Assembly: GCA_945906815.1 (NCBI GenBank)
Contig: CAMDRT010000015.1
Location: forward strand, 1,584-65,583
DNA length: 64,000 nt
Source: Bordetella parapertussis
GTDB lineage: Bacteria; Pseudomonadota; Gammaproteobacteria; Burkholderiales; SG8-41
Direction: 5' to 3'
Both the position numbers and the translations under genes were made by a program. Position 1 is the first letter of the stretch, and every line of letters begins with the position of its first letter. Shown one piece after another: positions 1-10,772 of this stretch. The notes beneath the pieces are model-generated. The model was not told where the DNA came from. It did no database searches and saw only the letters and a list, made by a program, of their open reading frames with translations.

Positions 1-1075
1 GTTGCCACAAGCGCCGCCACGAAAACACACTGAGGCGGCGGTAGAACAACGCAATTAACAGCAAAGCGACCGTCGCATGCACCAGCAGCAGGCCCGGCAC
101 CAGCGCGATACGCGATTGCGCTATATACGCCTGCACCACCGACAACAGATTAACGTAGACCATGTAAACCAATACCGCGATAATCAGGTTCATCGAACGC
201 CCGGCACGGGGATTAACGAAAGCCAGCGGTATCGCCAGCAGCGCCAGCAGGAGCGCGCTCACCGGCAGCCCGATGCGCCACGACAATTCACCCAGGTGGC
301 GCGGCCCGCCCTGCTCCAGCAACGCCAGCGTGTGCGTATTTTTGGTGCCCGGCGCGCGCAGCGCTTCACGCGCCTCAATGCGCATGGCGTGGCGCTCGAA
401 TTCATAAATCCTGAAATCTGCGCGGCCCGGCTCACCCTCGTAACGGTGCCCATTCAGCAACACCAGAAAGCGATCACCATTGGGCGCGGTTTCCTGAAAC
501 CCTTGCCGCGCCACCATGACGCCGACTTTGCCGTGCTGCGTGGAACTCACAAATACGTTGGCGACGTGATTGTCGCTGCCGGCTACCGCTTCTACAAAAT
601 AAACGCGGTCGGCCTGCCGCGATTCGCGAAACACACCCGGCAACAGGGAAGATGCATCGTCGCGGCTGTCGAGCATTTTGCGGTAGTCCTCGGCCTTGCC
701 CGCAGCCCACGGCGACAGGCCTAGCCCCAGCAGCGCAATAGTAAACACCAGAGGCAGCGCGAACATCAGCACCGGCTTGATCCAGCGCGCAAGACTCAAG
801 CCGCCGGAAAACCACACCACCATTTCCGAATCGCGGTAGGCACGGCTGAGAGTCATCAGCACGGCTATGAACAGCGTCAACGACAGCAGCGACGGCAGCA
901 ATCCGATCGAGGTAAAGCCCAGCAATGTGAGCACACTGGTCGAAGTAATCGAGCCGCCGGCCGCCTGCGCCAGCAAGCGCACCAGTTGCGTGGTGAGCAC
1001 TATGCCCAGCAACACCAGAAAAGTGGCTAGCGCAGTACTGCTTAACTCGCGCAGCAGGGTCTTGTGAAATAGCAT
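1..1075 (-). CDS. lptF: LPS export ABC permease LptF (YjgP/YjgQ family); C-terminal few codons run off the window
   Basis: My own minus-strand translation from ATG 1075 reads MLFHKTLLRELSSTALATFLVLLGIVLTTQLVRLLAQAAGG... through ...ALFYRRLSVFSWRRLWQ with no stop. It is missing from the ORF track because it reaches the window edge. It is divergent from pepA, as in the classical lptF/pepA-holC-valS arrangement. Confidence 0.75.
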   Translation of the reverse strand, partial: MLFHKTLLRELSSTALATFLVLLGIVLTTQLVRLLAQAAGGSITSTSVLTLLGFTSIGLLPSLLSLTLFIAVLMTLSRAYRDSEMVVWFSGGLSLARWIKPVLMFALPLVFTIALLGLGLSPWAAGKAEDYRKMLDSRDDASSLLPGVFRESRQADRVYFVEAVAGSDNHVANVFVSSTQHGKVGVMVARQGFQETAPNGDRFLVLLNGHRYEGEPGRADFRIYEFERHAMRIEAREALRAPGTKNTHTLALLEQGGPRHLGELSWRIGLPVSALLLALLAIPLAFVNPRAGRSMNLIIAVLVYMVYVNLLSVVQAYIAQSRIALVPGLLLVHATVALLLIALFYRRLSVFSWRRLWQ

Positions 1076-1183
1076 GCGGGCGTTTTGCTTTTCGTGGAAA
1101 AACCGCCGATAATCAGAGCCCTATCGCCGCTAATTTTCGATGCGTTGCGCTGAGTTTCAATGTGTTTCGAGGAGGAGTCTGCC

Positions 1184-2677
1184 GTGGAATTTAGCACAAA
1201 AAGTATGGCGCCGGGATTGTCAAAAAGCGGCTGCGTGGTGGTCGGTGTATTCGAATCACGCAAGCTTTCGGCACCTGCTGCCGCACTCGATCGCGTGGCA
1301 AAGGGTTATCTCACGCAAGTCGTGAAAAGCGGCGACATGGACGGGCGCGCCGGTAGCGTGTTGTTACTGCGCCAGGTACCCCACACCGCCTGCGAACGCG
1401 TGTTGTTGGCCGGACTGGGGCCGGAAGCATCGTTCAACGAAAAAGCATTTCGCAGCGCGCTGGGTAGCGCGCTGCGCGCTGTCAGCGCCACCGGAGCGGT
1501 GGATGCGCAATTTCATCTTACCGCGCTGGACGCGGGCGCGTCAGACATCACCTGGCGCGTCACACAGGCGGCCACGCTGGCCATCGACACGGCCTATCGC
1601 TTTGAACAAATGAAAAGCAAGCGCGAGCATCCGCCCGCGGCTTTGCGCCAACTCACTTTTGCCTACGCCCAGGCCAGCGAACACCAAGGTGCGCTGCGCG
1701 GGCTCGCGCAAGGCGTCGCCTTGGGTCACGGCGTGAGCCTCGCCAAGGATCTGGGCAATCTGCCGGGCAATGTGTGTACGCCCGCTTACCTCGCGCGTGA
1801 AGCGCGCGCACTCGGCAAGCGCTACAAAATGAAAGTCAAAGTGCTGGAACGCGCCGACATGCAAAAACTCGGCATGGGCTCACTATTGTCCGTGGCGCGC
1901 GGCAGCGCAGAACCCCCCAAGCTGATTGTGCTTGAATATAACGGCGGAGCACGGCATCAAAAGCCGGTGGTGCTGGTCGGCAAAGGCGTTACCTTCGACA
2001 CCGGCGGCACCTCGCTCAAGCCCGCGGCGGAAATGGACGAAATGAAATTCGACATGAGCGGCGCGGGCAGCGTGTTGGGCACCTTGCGCGCCATTGGCGA
2101 AATGCGCCTGCCGCTCAACGTGGTCGGCATTATTCCCGCCACCGAAAACATGCCCGGCAGCCGTGCCACCAAACCCGGCGATATCGTCACCAGCATGTCG
2201 GGGCAGACGGTGGAGATTTTGAATACCGATGCCGAAGGGCGTTTGATCCTGTGCGATGCGCTCACCTATGCCGAACGTTATGCGCCGGCGGCAGTGATCG
2301 ACATCGCCACGCTCACCGGCGCGTGCGTCATCGCGCTCGGCCATGTGGTCAGCGGTCTGTTCGCCAACGACGAACCCCTGGCGCATGAAATTCTTGCGGC
2401 AGGAGACACCGTACACGACCGCGCGTGGCGCCTGCCGCTGCACGATGAATACCAGGATCAACTGAAAAGCAATTTCGCCGATTTCGCCAACATCGGCGGG
2501 CGTCCGGCGGGCGCAGTGACCGCGGCCTGCTACCTGTCGCGTTTCGCCAAGAAATTCAAATGGGCGCATCTGGATGTCGCGGGCACCGCGTGGAAATCGG
2601 GCAAGGAGAAAGGCTCCAGTGGCCGGCCAGTGCCGTTACTGACCCAGTTCCTGATCGGCCGCGCAGCACAGAAATGA
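1184..2677 (+). CDS. pepA: leucyl aminopeptidase PepA (M17)
   Basis: The ORF aligns along its length with M17 aminopeptidases (VGKGVTFDTGG, NTDAEGRL, ATLTGA). The likely start is GTG 1184 (MEFSTKS, matching the canonical PepA N-terminus), preceded by GGAGGA at 1171. The track ORF starts at 1160. Confidence 0.9.
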   Translation: MEFSTKSMAPGLSKSGCVVVGVFESRKLSAPAAALDRVAKGYLTQVVKSGDMDGRAGSVLLLRQVPHTACERVLLAGLGPEASFNEKAFRSALGSALRAVSATGAVDAQFHLTALDAGASDITWRVTQAATLAIDTAYRFEQMKSKREHPPAALRQLTFAYAQASEHQGALRGLAQGVALGHGVSLAKDLGNLPGNVCTPAYLAREARALGKRYKMKVKVLERADMQKLGMGSLLSVARGSAEPPKLIVLEYNGGARHQKPVVLVGKGVTFDTGGTSLKPAAEMDEMKFDMSGAGSVLGTLRAIGEMRLPLNVVGIIPATENMPGSRATKPGDIVTSMSGQTVEILNTDAEGRLILCDALTYAERYAPAAVIDIATLTGACVIALGHVVSGLFANDEPLAHEILAAGDTVHDRAWRLPLHDEYQDQLKSNFADFANIGGRPAGAVTAACYLSRFAKKFKWAHLDVAGTAWKSGKEKGSSGRPVPLLTQFLIGRAAQK

Positions 2678-2688
2678 TAACCGTTATA

Positions 2689-2722
2689 ATATAAATTATT
2701 GTTATTAATCAATAATTTATAT
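2689..2722 (+). terminator. pure A/T hairpin after pepA (13-bp stem, 8-nt loop)
   Basis: TATAAATTATTG (2690-2701) pairs with CAATAATTTATA (2710-2721) as a perfect inverted repeat in a ~45-nt AT island. Its function as a terminator is uncertain because the stem is A/U only. Confidence 0.3.
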
Positions 2723-2766
2723 AGATACCACGAGCGTGCGTCGCCCCCCGCCCAGCCCCCAAACGC

Positions 2767-3201
2767 ATGACCCAGATCGATTTCTATACCCACGCCGGCA
2801 GCAAGCTGGATGTCGCATGCCGGCTCGCCGCCAAAGCGTACACGCAGGGTCTGCGTGTCGCTGTGCTGTGCCCCGACGCCGTAACCGCGCAATCTTTTGA
2901 CCGCATGCTGTGGAGCGCACCGCCGTTGGCGTTTGTGCCGCATTGCAGTGCTGCTCACCCGCTCGCCGCGCGCACGCCCATCGTCGTCGATCACGAAGGC
3001 ATCGAGCCCGCGCATGACCAGGTACTGTTGAATCTGCGTGCTGAATGGCCGCCGCGGTTCAGCCGTTTTCAGCGCTTGATTGAAATCGTCAGCGCGGACG
3101 CCGCCGAGAGCGAGCGCGCCAGCGCACGGGCGCGCTTCAAGTTTTATCGCGATCGCGGTTACCCGATCCGCACCCACGATCTTTCCGGCCTGAAGTCGTA
3201 A
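2767..3201 (+). CDS. holC: DNA polymerase III chi subunit
   Basis: A 144-aa ORF (MTQIDFYTH...FDRMLWS..FVPH) resembles HolC and occupies the conserved position between pepA and valS. Confidence 0.8.
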   Translation: MTQIDFYTHAGSKLDVACRLAAKAYTQGLRVAVLCPDAVTAQSFDRMLWSAPPLAFVPHCSAAHPLAARTPIVVDHEGIEPAHDQVLLNLRAEWPPRFSRFQRLIEIVSADAAESERASARARFKFYRDRGYPIRTHDLSGLKS

Positions 3202-3205
3202 TCCC

Positions 3206-6200
3206 ATGGCCCAGGACCAGGACAAAGGTGACGAAATTCTCGCGCGCGCCGACGCGCTGATCGAGCGTCACAAGCGGCCACCGCCACCAGCGCGCACCAC
3301 CGCTGCGCCGCCCGCCGCTGAGTTGACGCTGTCAGACGACGATGGCATCCCCTTGTTGACCGACGTGGCGCTACCCGTTTCTGCACCCGGGCGCGACGCC
3401 ATCGCGCCTGCTGCTGGGGTGATATCGCGGGTGCAAAACCAGAACATGGAGCACACCGCTTATTTACGCGTGATGTCGCAAGTCGATGATCGCATCACCA
3501 ACGTGGTACGGCAGCGCGTGCTGCCCGAAATCGGTTCCGCGTTGGATCACGCACTGACGCGCATTGCCGATGATCTGAAAGCCGGCATCGGTGACATGGT
3601 ACGCAGTTCAGTGGAGGACGCCCTGCGCACGCACCTCGCCACGCAACTGAGCACCCAACTGGGCACGCAACTGAACGCACCAGGGCATGCATTGCCCAAA
3701 CCCGAAGGCGCCGCACACGACACTGCAATGGCGCCTCCTCCCCTATCACCTACCCCCGGTAAACCCATGGAACTCGCCAAGAGCTTTGAACCAGCCGCGA
3801 TCGAAGCGCACTGGTATCCCGAATGGGAGAAAAGCGGTTATTTCAACGCCGGCGCGGACACCGCAAAGCACGACAACTATTGCATATTGCTGCCGCCGCC
3901 CAACGTCACCGGCACACTGCACATGGGCCACGCATTCCAGCACACACTGATGGATGCGTTAACGCGTTATCAGCGCATGCGCGGCAACAACACGCTGTGG
4001 CAGCCCGGCACTGACCATGCCGGCATCGCCACGCAAATCGTGGTGGAACGCCAGCTGGAAGCGCAGAACATATCGCGCCACGATCTTGGCCGTGACCCGT
4101 TCGTCGAGCGCGTGCGGCAATGGAAAGAGACGTCCGGCTCCACCATCACGCGCCAGATGCGCCGGCTCGGCAGTTCCTGCGACTGGACGCGCGAGCGCTT
4201 CACCATGGACGAAGGGCTGTCGCGCACCGTCACTGAAACCTTCGTGCGCTTGCACGAACAAGGCTTGATCTACCGCGGTAAACGGCTGGTCAACTGGGAT
4301 CCGGTGCTACAAAGCGCGGTGTCAGACCTGGAAGTGGAGTCGATTGAAGAAGACGGCAAGCTATGGCACATCCGCTACCCGTTTGCTGCGGGCAGGGAGG
4401 GCTATCTGGTGGTCGCCACCACCCGTCCTGAAACGATGCTGGGCGATGTCGCCGTGGCGGTGAATCCTGCCGATGAGCGCTACAGCGCACTGATCGGTTG
4501 CAAAGTCGTGCTGCCGCTGTGCGGGCGCGAAATTCCTGTGATTGCCGATGACTTTGTGGATGCCGCCTTCGGCACCGGCTGTGTGAAAATTACCCCGGCG
4601 CACGATTTCAACGACTATCAGACCGGCCTGCGTCACCAGCTTGAAGCAATCAGCATTCTGACGCTCGACGCAAAAATCAACGACAACGCGCCGCAGGCGT
4701 ATCGTGGTCTCGACCGCTTTGCAGCGCGCGAGCGCGTGCTTGCCGACCTGGAAGCGCAGGGTTTGCTGGATAAAACCATGCCGCATAAGCTGATGGTGCC
4801 GCGCTGCGGACGCACCGATGCGATTGTCGAGCCCATGCTCACCGATCAGTGGTTCATCAAAATGGAATCGCTGGCGCAACGCGGACTGGATGCCGTCGCG
4901 CTCGGGCAGATCAAATTCGTACCCGAAAACTGGGCCACTACCTACAATCAGTGGCTCACCCACATTCAGGATTGGTGTATTTCGCGCCAGTTGTGGTGGG
5001 GTCATCGCATCCCTGCCTGGTACGACGCCGAAGGTAACATCTACGTCGCGCGCAGCCAGGCAGAAGCCCTCGCGCAGTATGACGAAAAATTGCCCGGGCG
5101 GCTCGATGCCGGCGAAAAAGTAGCGGCCGCGGCGCTGCGTCAAGATGAAGACGTGCTCGATACCTGGTACTCCTCGGCGTTATGGCCGTTCTCCACGCTC
5201 GACTGGACGCCGGATTACCCGGCAAAATCCAATCCCGCACTGGATCGTTATCTGCCCTCGTCGGTGCTGGTGACCGGCTTTGACATCATTTTTTTCTGGG
5301 TAGCACGCATGGTGATGATGACACTGCACTTCACCGACAAAGTGCCCTTCCACGAGGTGTATGTACATGGCCTGATCCGCGATGCGGAAGGCCAGAAAAT
5401 GTCAAAATCCAAAGGCAATGTGCTCGACCCGCTGGACATAGTGGATGGCATCACGCTGGATGCACTGCTCGCCAAACGCACGGCAAACCTGCTGGACCCG
5501 CGTCAGGCGGAAAAAATCGCCGCCGCCACCCGCAAACACTTCCCCGATGGCATCAGCGCATTCGGCACCGATGCGTTGCGCTTTACCTTCGCCAGCCTCG
5601 CCGCCCCCGGCCGTGACATCAAATTCGATCTCCAGCGCTGCGACGGCTACCGCAATTTCTGCAATAAATTATGGAATGCGACGCGCTTTGTGTTGATGAA
5701 CTGCGATGGCAAGGATGTGGGCCTGGATGACACCTCGACGCTGGCGTATTCCAGCGCCGATCAATGGATGATCAGCCGCCTGCAGCGCGCAGAAGCCGAG
5801 GTGACCAGGGCCTACAGCGAATACCGTTTTGACAATCTCGCGCGCGCCATCTACACGCTGGTGTGGGACGAATACTGCGACTGGTACGTGGAATTCGCCA
5901 AAGTGCAGCTCAACACAGGCACCGACGACCAGCAGCGCGCCACACGCCGCACGCTGGTGCGCGTACTGGAAGCTATGCTGCGGCTGGCGCATCCAGTGAT
6001 GCCGTTTATCACGGAAGAACTGTGGCAAATCGTCGCGCCCCTGGCGAATAAATCCGGGCCGTCGATCATGCTGCAGGCGTATCCGGATGCCGATGCCACG
6101 CGTATCGACGAGGCCGCGGAGCGCGATATCGACAGCCTCAAGCAACTGATCAACGCCTGCCGCACCTTGCGCAGCGCAATGAATTTGCAGCCGGGGCAGA

Positions 6201-6583
6201 AAGTACCGCTGATTGCTCAAGGTGATGCCGCGCCACTCGCGACTTACGCGCCGTACCTGGCCGCGATCGCCCGTCTCAGCGAGGTGCAGATCGTGGATAC
6301 ATTGCCGGCCACCGACGCACCGGTGTCGATCGTCGGCGCATTCAAGTTGATGCTAAAAATAGACATCGATAAGGCGGCAGAAAAGCAGCGTTACAGCAAA
6401 GAACATGCGCGGATTTCAAGCGAGATCGGAAAGTCCAGGGCTAAACTGGCCAATTCAAACTTCGTCGAACGGGCGTCGCCCGCCGTGGTGCTGCAGGAGC
6501 GTGAACGCCTCGGCAAATTCGAGGCGACGCTGGTGGAAATAGACGCACAGCTGGCCAAGCTTGCGTCAGGTGCAGCGCTGTAA
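3206..6583 (+). CDS. valS: valine--tRNA ligase with an in-frame ~187-codon N-terminal extension
   Basis: Class I signatures are present ([15 protein letters not shown] and KMSKSKGN). The canonical ValRS N-terminus [26 protein letters not shown] starts at ATG 3767. The frame is open back to ATG 3206, 4 nt after the holC stop. Confidence 0.9.
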   Translation: MAQDQDKGDEILARADALIERHKRPPPPARTTAAPPAAELTLSDDDGIPLLTDVALPVSAPGRDAIAPAAGVISRVQNQNMEHTAYLRVMSQVDDRITNVVRQRVLPEIGSALDHALTRIADDLKAGIGDMVRSSVEDALRTHLATQLSTQLGTQLNAPGHALPKPEGAAHDTAMAPPPLSPTPGKPMELAKSFEPAAIEAHWYPEWEKSGYFNAGADTAKHDNYCILLPPPNVTGTLHMGHAFQHTLMDALTRYQRMRGNNTLWQPGTDHAGIATQIVVERQLEAQNISRHDLGRDPFVERVRQWKETSGSTITRQMRRLGSSCDWTRERFTMDEGLSRTVTETFVRLHEQGLIYRGKRLVNWDPVLQSAVSDLEVESIEEDGKLWHIRYPFAAGREGYLVVATTRPETMLGDVAVAVNPADERYSALIGCKVVLPLCGREIPVIADDFVDAAFGTGCVKITPAHDFNDYQTGLRHQLEAISILTLDAKINDNAPQAYRGLDRFAARERVLADLEAQGLLDKTMPHKLMVPRCGRTDAIVEPMLTDQWFIKMESLAQRGLDAVALGQIKFVPENWATTYNQWLTHIQDWCISRQLWWGHRIPAWYDAEGNIYVARSQAEALAQYDEKLPGRLDAGEKVAAAALRQDEDVLDTWYSSALWPFSTLDWTPDYPAKSNPALDRYLPSSVLVTGFDIIFFWVARMVMMTLHFTDKVPFHEVYVHGLIRDAEGQKMSKSKGNVLDPLDIVDGITLDALLAKRTANLLDPRQAEKIAAATRKHFPDGISAFGTDALRFTFASLAAPGRDIKFDLQRCDGYRNFCNKLWNATRFVLMNCDGKDVGLDDTSTLAYSSADQWMISRLQRAEAEVTRAYSEYRFDNLARAIYTLVWDEYCDWYVEFAKVQLNTGTDDQQRATRRTLVRVLEAMLRLAHPVMPFITEELWQIVAPLANKSGPSIMLQAYPDADATRIDEAAERDIDSLKQLINACRTLRSAMNLQPGQKVPLIAQGDAAPLATYAPYLAAIARLSEVQIVDTLPATDAPVSIVGAFKLMLKIDIDKAAEKQRYSKEHARISSEIGKSRAKLANSNFVERASPAVVLQERERLGKFEATLVEIDAQLAKLASGAAL

Positions 6584-6586
6584 GCT

Positions 6587-6602
6587 ATTGTTTTAAAACA
6601 AT
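6587..6602. terminator. perfect 16-bp palindrome ATTGTTTTAAAACAAT between convergent valS and the GST-like gene
   Basis: Seen directly in the sequence. It may act as a bidirectional terminator, but the stem is A/U-rich, so this is weak. Confidence 0.3.
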
Positions 6603-6619
6603 GTGCGCGCTGGCGTGAC

Positions 6620-7321
6620 TCAGCCTGAAAAATAACGTGCCTTCATGCGCTGACAGTAGGCCTCAAGCTGCGGCTGTTTCTGCGCGTGCGCGCGTATCGG
6701 CAAATCAATCGGCACCCACAACAGATTGGCGAGAAACGCGTATGCCGTGGCATCAATGGATGTAGGCTGTTCACCCAAAAAATAGCTTTGGCCGCCGAGC
6801 AATTCCGCCACCGCGCTTACGTCACGGCAGCCGATGGCGTAAATCTCGTCACGGCTGTGGCGCCCGGTGCCCTGCCCCTGCAACTGGCGGCGCAGGCCGC
6901 GCCGCACGAAAACCGGTAGCAGTTGCCGCAGCGGAAATTTAAGCCCCGAGAATGCCGCGTCATTGACCTTGGTAAACCCCGCATCGTCGATCCAGCGCGA
7001 GTACAACACCGGCCAGTACAGGCTTTCCTCAAACGTGCGCTGGATCAGCACACCGAGGGCGCGCTGGCGCGGTGTAAGCATGGCGTCGAGCGGGTCGCCG
7101 TAGCTTGCCTTGAGATAATCGATGATGAAGGTCGAGTCGGCAACGATCTTGCTGTTGTCTTCTATGTAAGGCAACTTGCCCTTGGGCGATTTGAACAGGT
7201 CTGCGCCGCGCGGGCAGGCATAGGGCAGTCCCGTCATGCGCAGGTAAGTTTCCACCTTCATGCAAAACGGGCTCATATTGGGCAAGCCAAAAGCGGGCGC
7301 AAATTGATACAGTTTTATCAT
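6620..7321 (-). CDS. glutathione S-transferase family protein (GST N-terminal and metaxin-like C-terminal type)
   Basis: MIKLYQFAPAFGLPNMSPFCMKVETYLRMTGLPY is a typical thioredoxin-like GST N-domain. ATG 7321 is preferred over GTG 7333. Confidence 0.6.
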   Translation of the reverse strand: MIKLYQFAPAFGLPNMSPFCMKVETYLRMTGLPYACPRGADLFKSPKGKLPYIEDNSKIVADSTFIIDYLKASYGDPLDAMLTPRQRALGVLIQRTFEESLYWPVLYSRWIDDAGFTKVNDAAFSGLKFPLRQLLPVFVRRGLRRQLQGQGTGRHSRDEIYAIGCRDVSAVAELLGGQSYFLGEQPTSIDATAYAFLANLLWVPIDLPIRAHAQKQPQLEAYCQRMKARYFSG

Positions 7322-7484
7322 GGTAGTTTCCACATAACTATTTGTTTCAATTATAATTTTTTAAAAAAATCAGCATAATCACGCGCCAGGAACAAGTATC
7401 ATACGCGTTGCGCTGAGGTCAGGCGTGGCGCTTAGGTGTCGACCACGCTAGACTAGGCGCGCTGACACATCGCAGGAGAATTTA

Positions 7485-8096
7485 ATGGAAGCCCTAGCCT
7501 CATTAGCAACTGCTGCCGGACTCGGCTGGGCCAGCGGCGTGCGCCTCTACGCTGTGGTGTTTTTTCTGGGCCTGCTGCAATTTTTCGGCATCTACACCTT
7601 GCCCGCCGATTTACAAACCCTGGGTAATCCGTGGGTAATGGGCGCATCGGGCTTCATGTTTTTAGTGGAGTTCCTCGCCGATAAAATTCCCGGCTTTGAT
7701 TCGGTGTGGGACGCCGCGCACACCTTCGTGCGCATTCCCGCAGGCGCGCTGCTCGCTGCGGCAGCGGTGGCGGGAGGCGACGCCGACTTGGGCGTGGCTG
7801 CGGCGCTATTGGGCGGCGCGGTTGCCGCCGGCAGTCACGTCACCAAAGCCAGCACGCGCGCGCTGATCAACACCTCGCCCGAACCCCTGAGCAACTGGAC
7901 AGCATCGTTCAGCGAAGACGCACTCTCCCTCGGCGCGGTGTGGATGGCGCTGGTTTATCCGCTGCTATTGCTTGCGTTGCTGGTGGTATTTTTCATACTC
8001 GCGATCTGGCTGCTGCCAAAAATATGGCGCGGCTTGAAACGCGTGTTGGCGTCGATCCGGCTGTTAATGGGCAAACCGGTATCGCAACATCATTAG
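7485..8096 (+). CDS. DUF4126-family inner membrane protein
   Basis: A 203-aa multi-TM ORF (GLGWASGVRLYAVVFFLGLL..., FLVEFLADKIPGFDSVWD) matches my memory of DUF4126. No function is known. Confidence 0.5.
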   Translation: MEALASLATAAGLGWASGVRLYAVVFFLGLLQFFGIYTLPADLQTLGNPWVMGASGFMFLVEFLADKIPGFDSVWDAAHTFVRIPAGALLAAAAVAGGDADLGVAAALLGGAVAAGSHVTKASTRALINTSPEPLSNWTASFSEDALSLGAVWMALVYPLLLLALLVVFFILAIWLLPKIWRGLKRVLASIRLLMGKPVSQHH

Positions 8097-8099
8097 CGT

Positions 8100-8774
8100 T
8101 TAGTAGCGTCCGCCGGTGAACGGCACTTTACGTCCCACCAGACTTTCCAGCATGATCAGCTCCGCGTCCCGGTGGTTCACCACGGGTGCCGGTTCTATCA
8201 ACGGGCCTTTGATGGATTTGTCCGCCGCCGCAAAAATATAGCGCGGCGCATCGTGATACGTAGTGGTCACCGTCACCCCCTGTCGCGGATCCGCCAGCGG
8301 CGTCAGTTGCGCCGAGCCGTAGCAAGTGCAAGCGTAGGTGCAATCGGGAATCAGCTCAATGTAAAGGCCAGTGCCGCGTATACCTATGGTTGCGGTGCGG
8401 GTGACGACCTGCATGCGGTTGCCAGGCACAAACACCGATAACACCTTGCCCGCCAGCACGCGCAGCGTGCCTTTGGCCACCGCGCTGCCCTCTGCGCCAA
8501 ACTCAACGGTAGTGCCGGCACGCACCAGAAACGCATCCCGATCCACCACCACCACGGTATCACCACGCCGGGTCTCCACCACATCGCCGGGTTTGACCAT
8601 CGCGCCGACTTGCGTGGGCTTGCCGTTGACACGCACATCGCCGTTGACGCGGCTTACCCCTGATTTTATTTCGCCTTGCGCCAACGCTTCACGCAGATAG
8701 CCCATGCCGGCAGCCAACGCCGTGCTGCTGCCTGCGATGCGGGCCAGCCATGCGCGTCTGGATAGCAGTAGCAT
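8100..8774 (-). CDS. secreted FecR-domain-like protein
   Basis: It has a Tat-like N-terminus (SRRAWLARIAGSSTALAAG) followed by a beta-rich segment, GDVRVNGKPTQVGAMVKPGDVVETRRGDTVVVVDRDAFLVRAGTTVEF, typical of FecR domains. Confidence 0.4.
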   Translation of the reverse strand: MLLLSRRAWLARIAGSSTALAAGMGYLREALAQGEIKSGVSRVNGDVRVNGKPTQVGAMVKPGDVVETRRGDTVVVVDRDAFLVRAGTTVEFGAEGSAVAKGTLRVLAGKVLSVFVPGNRMQVVTRTATIGIRGTGLYIELIPDCTYACTCYGSAQLTPLADPRQGVTVTTTYHDAPRYIFAAADKSIKGPLIEPAPVVNHRDAELIMLESLVGRKVPFTGGRY

Positions 8775-8911
8775 TTTTAGTGCTCCTTGCCTGCGTGAAT
8801 GATTGCCATCACGATCATCAAGCGCTGCTTCAACACCAGCTTACCGCCAGGCACCAGCATGCCCTATGCGGTCACACCTCGCGCGATGCCCACCCGCGAT
8901 TAACGCTCATG

Positions 8912-9148
8912 TTATTTCTTCCGCATAAAGAAAGTAAACACCTTGCCGGATTCGTCCGCCGCCAGCAAGGTATTGCCGGTTTGCTTGGCAAATGCCTGAA
9001 AATCCCGAGTGGCGCCAGGATCGGTGGCGATAATTTTCAGCACCTGCCCCGAAGTCATGTCAGTCAACGACTTTTTGGTGCGCAATATCGGCAGTGGGCA
9101 GTTCAGCCCGCTAGCGTCGAGCTCCTTGTCAAACGTGGTAGACATCAT
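8912..9148 (-). CDS. tusA: TusA/SirA-family sulfurtransferase
   Basis: MMSTTFDKELDASGLNCPLPILRTKK carries the CPxP active-site motif. GGAGAA lies upstream of ATG 9148. The longer track ORF start at 9232 is unlikely. Confidence 0.7.
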   Translation of the reverse strand: MMSTTFDKELDASGLNCPLPILRTKKSLTDMTSGQVLKIIATDPGATRDFQAFAKQTGNTLLAADESGKVFTFFMRKK

Positions 9149-9386
9149 TTCTCCGTCTGTCGATTCATGAACGCTGAGTGATTTGAGGTGCGCCCTTAGC
9201 ACCCTTAGCACCCGCAGCGCTGCGCAAATCACCGTAACTGCGGATTATAAGCGAGCGCGCGGCGGGTCTTTTACGGGCACCAAAATTTTATTGTAACTAT
9301 TTGATTTAAATTGATATTTTTGAAAATATCCGGATTACTTCTATCTGTTACACTCAACGCTCTTCCCCCCACGAGCTACCGCTACC

Positions 9387-10751
9387 ATGTCTGAGCAACC
9401 CGCCGCCACTAGCGCGCCCCCGCCGGTAAGTTTTTCCGAGGCATTCTGGTACTGGCTCAAACTAGGATTCATCAGCTTTGGCGGCCCGACCGGGCAGATC
9501 GCCATCATGCACCAGGATCTGGTCGAACGTAAACGCTGGATTTCCGAGCAGCGTTTTTTGCACGCGCTCAATTACTGCATGGTGCTGCCGGGCCCGGAAG
9601 CACAGCAACTGGCGATCTACATAGGCTGGCTGATGCACCGCACCTGGGGCGGCATCGTCGCCGGTGGATTATTTGTGCTGCCGTCGCTGTTTATTCTGAT
9701 TGCGCTGTCGTGGATTTATATCGCATACGGCAACGTGCCGGTGGTGGCGGGTCTGCTGTATGGCATCAAACCGGCGGTGACGGCGGTGGTGGTTTTCGCG
9801 GCGTATCGCATCGGCTCGCGCGCGTTGAAAAACGGTGCGCTGATTGCCATCGCGGCAGCGGCGTTTGTGGCTATCTTCGCGCTGCAACTGCCGTTTCCGT
9901 TAATCATCATCGCGGCGGGACTCATCGGTTACATCGGCGGGCGCGTGGCGCCGGATAAATTCGCCCTCGGCGGCGGACACGGCGCGGCAGGCAAATCCTA
10001 CGGCGCTGCATTGATCGACGACAACACACCCACACCCGAACACGCGCGCTTCACCTGGGGCCGTTTCATGCGTGTGCTCATGGTAGGGGTGCTGATCTGG
10101 GCCGCCGCGATGGGCCTGCTGATTTACACCAGCGGCAGCAACAGCGTGTTGACGCAGATGGGCGGGTTCTTTACCAAAGCCGCGCTACTCACCTTCGGCG
10201 GCGCGTACGCGGTGCTGCCGTATGTCTATCAGGCGACTGTGGGCGAGTTTCAGTGGCTTACCGCCGCGCAAATGATAGACGGTCTGGCGCTGGGCGAAAC
10301 CACGCCCGGCCCGCTGATCATGATCGTTGCCTTTGTCGGATTTGTCGGCGGCTGGGTCAAACAATTGTTCGGACCCGACGCGCTGTTTCTGGCGGGTGCG
10401 GCAGCAGCAATGGTCGCCACTTTTTTCACGTTTTTACCGAGCTTTGTGTTCATATTGCTTGGCGGCCCGCTCGTCGAAACCACCCACGGCCAACTTAAAT
10501 TCACCGCACCTTTGACCGGCATTACCGCCGCCGTGGTGGGTGTGATACTGAACCTCGCGGTGTTTTTCGCCTGGCATGTGTTGTGGCCGGCCGCAACGCA
10601 GGCAGCGCCTTTTTCAGGACCATTCGACTGGCCGTCATTGGTCCTGGGCGCAGCAGCAATGATCGCCCTGTTCCGCTACAAGATGGGCATCATTGCGGTG
10701 ATCGCGGCGTGCGCCGCAGCAGGGCTGGTACTGAAGTTATTGTCAGTGTAG
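9387..10751 (+). CDS. chrA: chromate transporter, fused two-domain CHR family
   Basis: A 454-aa polytopic ORF with GFISFGGPTGQIAIMH and a second-half TFGGAYAVLPYV repeat characteristic of ChrA. Confidence 0.85.
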   Translation: MSEQPAATSAPPPVSFSEAFWYWLKLGFISFGGPTGQIAIMHQDLVERKRWISEQRFLHALNYCMVLPGPEAQQLAIYIGWLMHRTWGGIVAGGLFVLPSLFILIALSWIYIAYGNVPVVAGLLYGIKPAVTAVVVFAAYRIGSRALKNGALIAIAAAAFVAIFALQLPFPLIIIAAGLIGYIGGRVAPDKFALGGGHGAAGKSYGAALIDDNTPTPEHARFTWGRFMRVLMVGVLIWAAAMGLLIYTSGSNSVLTQMGGFFTKAALLTFGGAYAVLPYVYQATVGEFQWLTAAQMIDGLALGETTPGPLIMIVAFVGFVGGWVKQLFGPDALFLAGAAAAMVATFFTFLPSFVFILLGGPLVETTHGQLKFTAPLTGITAAVVGVILNLAVFFAWHVLWPAATQAAPFSGPFDWPSLVLGAAAMIALFRYKMGIIAVIAACAAAGLVLKLLSV

Positions 10752-10772
10752 CCGAATGAGGCTGCCGCTCGC

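Noticed and set aside
77-724. 215-aa plus-strand ORF at the window start
   Set aside because: It is Arg/Gln-rich and low in complexity, and it lies antisense to a clean LptF reading frame on the minus strand that runs uninterrupted from 1075 to the window edge. This is a typical high-GC shadow ORF.
9178-9231. Tandem CCCTTAGCA x2 and the flanking imperfect inverted repeat GTGATTTG...CAAATCAC in the tusA leader
   Set aside because: The repeats are short and imperfect (12 of 15 in the extended arms) and have no second copy in the window. That is insufficient to call a regulatory element.
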